Below are positions 27,601 to 39,600 of a stretch of DNA of 64,000 nucleotides, piece after piece. Within the stretch, counting starts at the first letter, position 1. Each line of letters starts with the position of its first letter. The stretch lies in contig JAQGDQ010000264.1 in assembly GCA_030141605.1 (NCBI GenBank), forward strand, positions 124,001 through 188,000, given 5' to 3'. Position numbers and translations under genes: made by a program. Under the pieces are notes generated by a model. It was not told where the DNA came from. It searched no databases and worked only from the letters and a program-made list of their open reading frames with translations. This stretch comes from Tubiluchus corallicola. Its lineage: Eukaryota > Animalia > Priapulida.

Positions 27601-30600
27601 TAAACTTGATTACAATGTTACAATGACTAGAAAAATTTTTACTTAAGTTTATGTCTTGTTACTTTTCTAGGCCCTGTTGCTGAAGTAACATTAATTGGCA
27701 ATGGATTTTTTGGCATAATTTTCTCAGTGCTAAATTTTAAATGGTGCATTATACTGCAGTTTAGTGGATTCTTTTTGTGCGCTCAGGCATGATGTATGCA
27801 CATAAATTACGTGACGTTCTAACGCAATACTTTAAGCCTATATCACAAAATTGAAAATTTTTGTCTTGTAAGAAAATAATGACTTGGTAGTGGAGAACTG
27901 TCCATGCTAATATCCACATGACATTTTCCCCAAAAAAAATGTCAGGATCGCCAGAAGAAAATTTCAATAATTTTGTTGCATAATTACTCAAGTTTTTTTC
28001 TGGGCACTATCAATAGGAACGGTAGAGAAAAGAGAGAACAACTCTAAAGCTTTATGAAGCTTAAAACTAGCAAGGTACTAAGAATAACTTTATAAAGTGT
28101 TACACATGATTCTCTAAGCCTTATACGAAGAGTGTGACTTTGTAACATGTTGATTTCACTTGAGATTCTGCATTCATCTTTATTATTGCATAAATGTTAT
28201 CACAAGCAAAAAAAAGGTACAGTGACAGGCATCTCAGTAATTTGCAAAGTTGATGAAAATTGGTTTGAGTGGGGCAGGGGTTATACAAAACAGGTATATT
28301 GAAGTATTATTTTGCTATTTTGAAGATTTTGTAATTTGGTTGCCAGGATGTAGATGTGGGTAACCAGTAACCACCCACATCCTATAACCACTCCTATAAT
28401 CATATATTTTTAAAAACATTGATGGTGTCAGATTTGCTAGCAAATGAATAAGTGACACCAGGAAAACCACTTCAGGGCGACAGTTTTGCCAGTTTCTTTC
28501 ATTTTGGAAAGTTGTATATTCATCCCAGCATAACTGTCGATTCAGTGTTTGCTCGTCAGTTACCTAGATTCAGGTTTTGGAATAATGATTCACCATTAAT
28601 GATTGCTTTTACTGCTGAGTGTTAAATTCTGGCTTATAGTATGCAGAAATGTATATAGAACCTTAAGCAAGCCAGTTAAAAAACAACCAAACAAACAGAA
28701 GAAAATCATTCAATCTCAGTCTAACACTATTAACAAAATATAGAGAAAGCAGTACTTGTGCTCTAGTTTTTAGCTGTCACTACACTCAAGTCGCTCAATT
28801 TATCCACTTACAAAATACGTTCACCCACTGTTACCAGCTTCATTGCAGCCCCGAAAGGGATACTTGCCTATAAATCTGTATTTAACTTTTCACCACTCTT
28901 GTCAAGTTTTCAGTATCGACAAATTTTAAAAGTGACATGGTATGATGCTTTGCTTACATTTGAGTCATATTTCTATTTTACACAGCAAAAGGTTGATTTG
29001 TTATTGTTGATGATAGTTCATAGTGTTTGATAAATAGACAGCTAATGTGCCTGTAACTGCTTGAAATGGTTAAATTAGAGTTTGGGTGCTCTTCTGCTAG
29101 CGCATGCCTTACGTCTCTGCACTTTGCTTACGCTACACTCAAGAGTTTGCTCTCCTGGCGATGAATTGATGAACCATATCACCTGTGGCGGTTTATTCGT
29201 AGCTACAGTACACGCTCAGGTAATGTTATTCCTACCTGTGTGACTGGCAGGACGACCCATCCGCAAACAACGCTGTCAAATTCGCATTGATTAAGAAATG
29301 CCTGCAGTGGCTGAACACAACGTTAGCTGCACGGGAACACAGAAGATATTTTTAATGGATAAGAAAGTGTAGTTTGTTATTCCGGAAATAGTGAGTAGTT
29401 GTTTAGTGTATCTGACCGTTGCCGCAGCATGACCCTGAGTTGCTTTGGAGGGTGCTTGTGCGCCCGAGCCGTTACCGCAGGTATTTGCAAAGTATCAGCA
29501 TTTGCACTTTTATTGCAGTCAGTAATATGATTATAGAACATAATAATAATGTCTTGCTGACTGTGACTGCTCTCGTTTCTTTTGCAGTCAAGTCACTGAA
29601 CTACAAAAGTATTTAAGTAGTACAACAGCTGTAATACTAGTACTGTAGTTTATTTTTGTTGTTATCGTTGTACTATCCTTGGTCTTGTCTTGATAGCAAA
29701 AACTGCCAGTGTTGTTTTCTACTTTCCTCTGCTAATGGTCAATATTGGTAGGAAAACAAAACGGTCACAGACTTGGTCAAGATTTTGTGTACAAAGTGTT
29801 CTACAGTGTAGCGGGTAGCCGATTTTTGACCAGTAAACATTTATAACCTCCTAGCGATACTGTACGTAATTGGCTAGAAATACTGAACCCTGTAAGTTGA
29901 AATATGTATCAGAATAATACTTCATTGAATCATTTTCCCATTGTGAGAACAATTGGATAATTAAGCATAAAGCGGGTACTTCACATTAAAAACTTGACTT
30001 GAATTTGACTTGAGTATTTATTTTTGTTGATTAATTATTATTGATAATGGTTATGATTCAGAGGCATGAGCTTTTGTCGCTTAAAGTTTTGATTTTATAC
30101 ATGTTTTGCTTTGATATATAGTTTCAGCCTAGTTAAGGGTGTCAGAAATTTGCAGGTAAATCTCGAAGTAACCCCTCCAACAACTTACTAATTCTTATTT
30201 TATGGCACGTCTGTGGTAATGTAGATTTTTCAGTCCAAGCCAAATTAAATATTGGGAATCTTGATTTATATGTACTTGTGGTAAAAGATATTGTTGCATA
30301 AGTTGCTGAAATGTAAATTAAAGTCTCATCATGGGGACACCTAGTGTACTCATAATAATTATAGACTGCTACATCATAGTAATCTTTAATGTCTAGTCTT
30401 AATTACTAACAATCGTTTGTCATCGCTACGGATAACCAAATTTCTCTAGTAATATCTATCCACTTTTAAGTAAAAGTAATAGAAAATTTTAGTTAAAATG
30501 TTTGGAAGAAGAATACTAGCTAAAGTTTTACATGCTATTATATTAGAAAGCTTCTTGCTTTCATTATAAAAATGTTGCGTTGCAGAAAAAGTAGTCAGCA

Positions 30601-33600
30601 ATTTTTGTAAATAGAGAGGTACTATTGTCACGTCATTTTGATGCTTAAATTATAGTCCCAAATACTCACCGTTTTTATTCAGAATAGTTAGCCAGTTTTC
30701 TAGCCCCGCAGCAAGTTGGCAAAAAGACTTTTGCACTCTCTTCTGACAGCCAATACATTATTGATTAGAACCGGACGTCAAACTTTTATTGTCATGTAAA
30801 ATATAATTTGTATTTCTTGCCTTCTGAACCTATGTTTTAGCTCCTGCCTGCTCTTTTGCAAAAATACCTCATTTTTGACGCCTGAGGTTTATCACCGATG
30901 CTACACTTTTTGCCCCATTATTGTTATATTAACTATCTAAAGTTTCTAAACAACTATCATCATGTTCACAATGTCTTTATTCCCTGTTCCTGTCTTGTCA
31001 GTTCGAAGACGAAAGCTGTAGTCATTAAAAGTGTTATTCACTGATATTAAAATTTAAATAAAGCAGCAATCACGTTGTAATTTGCTAGACGTTTCAAGCT
31101 GAAGTTTGTTAAATACTGGTTAAGCAGTGAGTGATGAGCAAAGTTCATACATTATAACCTGACAGGCGCTGAGGGTGATTGTTAGCTAGTTTAATTACTT
31201 GTTGTTATTACTGCACACAAAGAGAAGAATATGTTCTTAAAATGTCACTCATTGTAAAGTCATTGTGCTTTCAAGTTTGATTCGTTTCCTTGTTTGTTAA
31301 CGTCGCCCTTTTAGCCCTCAGAACCTCAATAACACTCTGTACTTGTCATAAAATAAACACCGTGTCACTGGCGTTGTCTTTGCGATATTAAAATTATGAT
31401 TTTTGTACCACGCAAATTGACTTCTTTAATAGTCATTGTCCAAATGTAATAATGTTAATAATGTTGTTCAGTTTTCTTTAAAATTCTTTGTTTGCTTTTC
31501 TTGGTTGATCCGCAAGTTGGTACACAGTAATTTTAATCATTTTATGAGCAATTGAGGGTGTCCCAAGTCTCGTGACGCAATAAAATAATTGTGTGACTGG
31601 CAGTGCCTTATTTCGGTGCGAGAAAAATGCAGAAGTCAGAACACCAAGTTGTGTAAGGTTCCTACTCGAATAGAAACCAAATATGGTCACATTATTGTGG
31701 TGAAATATGTGCCCTCTTATTTTATATAATTGTTTGTCGTAGTATCGTAGTCGTCTAACCGGATATAAATAAAACAATTTTTAAACTTTTTTTAATGAAC
31801 CGGTTTTTGTTTCATGAAACAGTTTCAGTGCAGCAATTCATGGTGAAAATTCAGACTGATTTCTGCAGGTTATCTGGTGGTACAACTATTTGTGGCAACT
31901 GATAATCAAAGTTCTAGTTTGCTGTCATTATATGTATTTGATGGGTGAAATTGCTGCATTGATTGGAGTATATTCCCCATGCTGTAGTGCCGTTTTTTTT
32001 TGTTGAATTACACGGATTAATCAAAGCTCCAATCTTTACAAATGATATGTGCAAGTTTTATTGTTTTTTTCCATTCTTTTCAGAATGAAAGATTCACTCA
32101 TACATTTAACCTGTGCTGATAGTTGGAACTCAGCCTTGATTAAACCAACGGTTAATTCACTATAAAGCTTATAAACAGGCCCTGTCACCTGGAACTTGCT
32201 AACTTGTTGAATAGTTGTGCACAGGGTGTAGTACCCGTGTTTATCATCCCACAATATTATCACATAATTTCATCTCTGCATGTGATTGTTGTAAACAATT
32301 TATTTTTCTCTTTTGTGTTTAAAAAGAGTGTAATTGCTGTCTAAGAGAAAGGGCAGGTGTTCATGCGAATAGAAGTGTAATAGAGGCCACTGCACTACCA
32401 TGATATTGCTGTTAGAGTAAATTTTTAAATAAAGGGTATAGAACTAGAGTTCGAAAACTAGAGAGTGGGTTTTTGTGCGACCACCCCCAACTTATTAAGA
32501 GTGTGGAAGCTCTTTGACTGGGTCAAATCCAAGTTGTGATTTGCATAAAATTTTAGACCTAGCTAACAGCTTAAGCTCAAATAGTAAACAGTGTTGTTTA
32601 TCTCACCAGTTTCTGAGTACACATCTGTGAGGTCTTCATGCCAACTCTGCTTTTTGGCTTTAAGTTTTTTTAGTTTTCTCAGTAAGCTTAGGGATTTACA
32701 TCCAAGGTGTACTCTACTTCCAAACATACCTTATAAAGGATTAAGTAAAGGTTCATGGCTCGTAATTTTTTGCCAAGGTTTGCTTTAAAGATTTAATATT
32801 TCCTGAATTAACTGCATAATTTGGTAGACGGGTCCACCTCACAATTTCTGCATAAACTGTTTTCTTGCCATTCCATTATTTGCTGTTTTCTTGTTCTAGG
32901 TGTGTTTCGATCTATGCTAGGAAGACCCTGTGATGTTAAACAACTCATTAAAAAACTCATTTTGCAGTATTAACTGACAATGCTCAAATAATGTGATTAG
33001 AGCTTTATATGCGTTTCCTGTCTTGCATTGCTGTATGTACAAGTGCTGGGATAATTAAACTGTTAGCCTGAGCTTTATCTTTCATTGTGTGTGCAAAATC
33101 CACATTTAGGCACTTTTTATTCAGGAAATAATAAGATAACTGTCCATATGGCTTCATTATTCTTTATTATTTATGTTTGCACGGGAATCTGTTCAAAATT
33201 AGTTTGCATTTGATTGCTAATTTACTTTTAGCTAGCTATAACTGATCCATAGGTTTACATTTTGACAGATACTTCTTATGATTACTCAAAATACGTTATA
33301 TTGTTAATAGCACAAATGTAAATCCTGATTGATTAGGTACTACTTTAGATGAGTTTACCTAAATTTGATAGGCAATACTTCAACAGATTCTTTTTGAAAA
33401 ATTTACAGAGACTTGTCAAAATGTCAACCAAAAATATTTGTTATTGGAGTTTTATTATTTTTGCAAATGTGCACAGCTTGTTGATGTTGTGTTGCACTTT
33501 TTTGGTTTTGATGTTGTGCTTTTCTTTCTCTCACAGATCGACACGGTCGACATAATGCCCCACGACACGGACATATACGCAGGGATGATCATGGTATGTG

Positions 33601-36600
33601 TATCACAATATATATGTGAATTTTACTTCTGAAATTACTTGCATATCTTCCTGGTCTGAGCAATGACAGAATGTGCGGTAAATATAGCAACGGTTGGTAC
33701 AGGTTCCACCGTTATCCAGCTTAAAGCAAAAACTACCCGTACAGTACCCTATTCTTCTTGTCATAAAATTATAGTTTGTTTATAAGTCTAAATTTTGCTA
33801 TCGTTGTATATTGATCACTTTAAATGCTTCAATAGAAATTCGTTAAAAATAAATTAGTAAACTGCAAAAATTTGCACTTATTAGTAATGTTTGTTGCATT
33901 TCTAAATAATTTTGCGTGGTTAATAAAATATTTTATAGTATTAGAGAAAAGGTTCGAATCGCCTATTTTAAAAACATTCGGGACTTTTAAGCCACCTGTT
34001 TCGCAATGCACATGCACATTCCCCAGCTTAGCTATTTCTGAAACACTTAGCAAAAAGTCTTGTGTTCATGAACAAAAGTTTTTGTTCAGTGGAAGAGCAA
34101 AAATGTTCCAGATTTTCTAATTTAGTTTTCCTTTCCTGTATTTACATGAGTGATTTCGTGTTGCATTGGTAAAGCACCGACTGTGATTCCTCGTTAGTGC
34201 TTGATAAACGTTTAGTGGCTTGTAGTGTAAATTTCTGAGTCTTTAAAATGAGAGCACATTTGTGATGCAATGGTTAGCATAGCTGCCCAGAAGGCAGAAG
34301 GTTTTGTGCTCGAGTCCCAGTGGACATAAAAAAAATTTCAAACTCTGATTGTTTTCATGTGTTTATATGATCAATATGGACTTCTCACTCTGCTGTTTAA
34401 TTTTGTTCTTGCGTTACCATTAACTTGACAAGAATCTCACAACTTCAAATTGATAATTTTGAAACTTGCTAATCAAGCTATAGCAAAAAAGTTGATCTAT
34501 GTCATATACCTGTGAGGTTGGGGTCACAAATTAAAATCTGTCTTACCTGTGAGCTTGTTTTACCATAAATTCTTATTAACCTGCTGAAAATGGCAATTGT
34601 AATAAATTAGTTATAGCTTAATTATCACTGCGAACTGTCATTGAAATCTAGTCTGATGGTCCTTTGAGTACTTTCACTACTTTAAAATTGCCAAAAAATG
34701 CCAGGTTGTGCCAGTACATTTGTTTGGGAGGGTATAAATTGAAATTTGATTAGTGGAAAAATGTAAAAAAGTTGTCTTTGCGTTTTTTTTTGTAGCGAAC
34801 AAACTCACGCGGAAGTTTCCTTTTTTGCTTGCAGCCTGAGGCATGTAAACTTCAAAATGTACAATCTTTCGAAGTACAAAAGTAATTAAGTCATGTTTTA
34901 ATAGGAATTTACAATATTTAATTTTTGTTCAGTATCTTATAGAATCATCAGTTGTCAAGTTTTTGAAAACTTTTTCAGACGTATATCGTGTACAACAGTT
35001 TCTAGTGGTCACTGAAATGTTAATTTTGCCATTTGCAGATTTTATTGTGATCACACATGTTAAACTGCTGGTTTGGTTTTAACATTCAACTTGGTATATA
35101 GTGTTTCACCTCAAAATTATTATTTAGCTATATTTTATAATAACGATAAGATTGTCTAACCTGATTGTCGGTGATTGATGGTCCATAGTGAAATAATTTG
35201 TACTACTGTGGCCTCTAGGTCTCATTCTTGAACATTGACCTGCTGTTGGTGTGATTAAATTTTACTTAAACTAATAAACTTTAGAAACTATTGTTGCAAG
35301 TACTGTGTCTTCATCTTTAAGCAGACAATGTGTAATAGGCACCTTATTATGGTAGCAAATAATTTTCAAATTGTACGTATTCATGTTGTATCTGAAGCTA
35401 ACACTTTTTAAAGTTTCAACTACTTAAAAAATGTTGGCTGTTCTTACTGCAAAAGTAAATAAGGTCGAGTTCTCAATAGCTTGCACATTTTTGTATCTAG
35501 AACCCGGTTTTAAAGATAAATGTTCAAATAACATTACCTAATTTTTGTTGTAATGCTGGATTGTTTAAATAGCTGTTTTTGTAACTTTATTTTGCTGCTT
35601 TTGGAAAAACATGACAAAATAACCCACTCATGGTTTCATTTGAGCTAATTTTAATTTAGACAAGTGATTAGCGGCTAGCTTCAGTGATTACATTAAAATC
35701 TGTAAATGAAAATTAGCAATGCAAAATTAAGCAAATTAGCAATTCAACTCTAGTACTCTAGTACTTAATAACTTTCAGCCTGTCTAGTGCTGCCATCTAT
35801 TAGTGAATTTTGTATTTGATAGTTTCATGCTTTTCTGCCCAATACATATATGTTAACAGTTCATAGCTTGACAAAGCTTGGAAACCTGTCTAGGCAGTAG
35901 TGATAGCATCTCTATTGTTATGCGCCAATCTCAGACTCGATGACAAAGGCGATGTCCATTCAGTAGGGTTATGGAATGTTGGGGGCAGAAACACGACTGG
36001 GTTATCATTGTAAAAGCTGTTTTAAGAAATTACAGCAATTTGATTGCTAATGTTTTAAAAGTGGATCATTTTGTGTCAGTTGGAATTTGTATTTGATCAC
36101 TTCCCTAAAACTTTAGTATTTTTATTGTAACTGGTTCTATTTTGCCCAACAACTGTTCCTGGATCAGTACTTATTGCATCTGTTTTGGCATTTAAGTGTC
36201 TTTCATTTCACCTGGAGTCAGCAGTGTGGTTGGCCAATAAATGTTATGTTGTGCACAAATATAAGGATAAAAAAGTTTCAAGTGACAATTTATCCTATTT
36301 TCATATTTTGCATCATTGATTTTATGAGACATTTTGAAATTGTTATTAAAAATACAGTTTGTGATTGTGGTGTGCAACGGTACAACTCTGTGGTGCTGCC
36401 ATTTCAGAAGAAAATGAGATCTTTGCAGAATGAACATTGAAATAAAGTTTGCTACATGCTTACTGCACATTTAGTAGAACCATCAAGTTTGAGAATACCA
36501 GTGAAATGTGAACAAGTCTCCTGTGTTGTTTAGCCTGACAATTATTTGTCAAGTACTTTTAAGCTGCAGACCTACATTTGCATTGGTTTGGCTCAAGATA

Positions 36601-39600
36601 GTCAGCACTTGTCAAATCCTGTAGTAGACATTCTGACTGCTTTAGAAATTCTCTTGTGATTTTTTTTTGTCGCTAAATTTGGTAATCAGGTGTGTTAAAG
36701 TTACTGCCCATGACTGTTGTCGGTTTGTGAGGTAAAAAGACCTAAAAAAGACATGGTTCTTTGCATATCAAAATCTAATAGTGGCTTGATGACTTGCTGT
36801 CTGCCGTCATTGAGTTTGTTTTGCAGACGTCATTACGGCTACACCCACAGCAATACTGTGGTCACCTGCTATATGTGTGGTCATCCCCGTCGTGAGCACA
36901 TAACTATGCGACAGTATACCTATGACTCGTTAGACCATCTTGATTGTATGGCTGATGAAAGTAAAGATTTTTAGTTGATTAACTTATTGTTTAGTTTCAT
37001 GAAGGGTAGCATTTCTTTCATGTAATGATTAGTAGCATACTAAGCTAAACAGTATGATTAAACATGACTGGGCTGCCATTCTTGTTGCTTGGATGAAAAA
37101 TTTCAGGCATTTTGTTCAGTTATTATGGCTTTCAAACACAGTTAAAATGGATGTGTCAATTGTTTTAGGTATAATACACAATTATCTGTCCTGTTAAGTG
37201 GCTTTCAAATCTGTTTGACTTGCATATTCAATGTGAAAACTGCCAAAAGTCACTGTAAATACCCGTAAGTTGCCGTATTGAAGTCACAATCTTATTTTGA
37301 GAGTTTTATTTCCATGGCACTTTGTTGCACGTTACTGACTAAATATTCATTTAACTAGATTCTGAACTCCTTTTGTTTTTTTCCAGGTCCCCGGCTAAAT
37401 GGGCATAGCAAATTTGAAAGAGAAAGACATCGGGTTAGTCACGGTTATGACACGTCCTCTGTAATGACTAGTGACATAGAGACGACTAGCTTCTTTGATT
37501 CAGAGGATGATGGTACTAGCAGCAGGTTTGTTATCACTGTTTCTATAAAAAATTGAACAATAAAAAAGTGGAAAATTAAATGTTTCAGTGCAACGCCATC
37601 TATTGTCTTCATGTGGGAAAACAGGCGAAGCAGCAGAAAAAATTATTAAAAACAAATTTTTGGAAGTTTTATAATTTAATTGCAAAAATAAGTCTTTTCC
37701 ATTGTAACAAATCACACAAGATTCTCATTAGCTCTTGGGCCATGTTCGGTAATGAACCAAATGTGGTTAATCTTTCCAGTTACTCGATTACCAAATTCAG
37801 GATATTTCAGTGATTTTATTTAATCAAAATAATTCTGCTAAACTTGAATACTGCTTTACCACAGAGCCATAAACCTAGAACTATTCTAGAATATAATTTC
37901 ATTTAACATGAACTTAGAAATTTTCAAAATTTTTGCAAAATACTTAAACAATTTCGTATTACAAGAATTGTGTGGGCTCAAAATTATAAGAAAAACCAGA
38001 GCTGACAAAAGTGATAAAGTTGTCATTATGCACAAATATGAGCTTATCTTAATAAATAATGATAACCAGGTATGTAAAATGTTCAAAAAACCTCATGCGA
38101 GTGGGGTCTTCTTGCAGTAAAAATTTTCTTTTTTTGATCGTGAAGATAGTACGTGTGATGTAATATGGAATTTTACAGTTTCTTTATTGTGGGTGGGACT
38201 TTATTCATTGCTCTAATTCATGTTATTCACAAAGATTTTTCTTTTTTGCATCATAATATTGCTATTTACGTTCAACTTGGATATAAATATTATACTGGAT
38301 GAATGTAATTCCTTTTCCATTGGTCATGTGGCTAACCTAAGATACTTTTTTTTGTATTTCTGATGTCACAGCTGTGTGCTTTTGGGTGTTTGATACATTT
38401 ATCTTGTAATTTAGTTGAGGTGCAGTTTTTTCGTATTTGTACAAAGTGTAAAGCATTGTAATTTGGGCAGCAGTGACAACAGCAGCTTTGGGTTTGTAGG
38501 TTTTCTCAGGTTTGGTTTGGAACATACTACCGGTGTACTCTTTGTTCACAGTATTCGAGGCATCAGTTGCTGATACATCTATTCAATTTTTGATTTCTAG
38601 ATTATCTATTTCAGTTATTTATTGGTTCACGTGAAATTAAATCAAACAGTTTCTTTGATTTGTTTTAGTGTTTCTTCTGTCTAAACTTTTAGATCTAGTT
38701 TTTTTTTGAGCCATCCTTAATTCTAACATAATTTGTACGATGCTAAGAGTAGGTATCATTTAAAAAATTTTGAAGGCTCCACTAAAATTATTTCTTAGCG
38801 ATAAATGTTACAAGTGGATACTATGAAAATGATTAAATAAACAAAAACATTGTAATACTGTGTTACGAATTTAATTGAGTTGTAAAAAGTAACCAAAAGG
38901 TGTCGCTCAGAGATTGTGTTGGACCTCTAATGATGTCATCCACCATTGAGCTACTATTCACAATGTAAAACCAGTTTTCTGTTTTACAATAACACAATGC
39001 AGTTTGATTATTGCCTCTTATTTTTTCTCTAAATAAGCCATTTAGGTTGGCTGTAATTTACTAAACTGCTAAAAGTATTTACTTTAGCAAATGATTGTTA
39101 CTAGCATAATATTTTGCAACATGAGTTTTTGTAGGATAACTGTGTTAAACTAACATAATCCATTGTTTCCCTCTGTGAATGAGATTTCTGGTTCCAGTAA
39201 AACATTTTGTGTATGCCAGGCGTATTTTCTTTACAAATGTACACTTAGAAAAGCACACAGTTTAACAGCATGTGAAAAACTCAGAAACGAATTCCATTTT
39301 GAAATAATCTTTGTTTAAGCAGAACGTGTAAAAGCAAATTTCCCTAACCCCTCTTGCTTGCAAAACACACCTTCATTGTTGAGCCTAGCACAATACTAGC
39401 AATGCTTGGAATTGTAGTAGATTTCACATGGACACTCAATCTAGCGATATGGTGTAGCCAAACACATATACACTTTCGTCAAAGTTTTCAAAGAGCTTTC
39501 TTGTCTGAACTTCTCATAAACTAGTTTAAGTGAATTGCTGGTTACAATAGCTCTCCGGGTGCAAAAGTAATTGAATGAATTACAGCAGTGAATGCCTATT

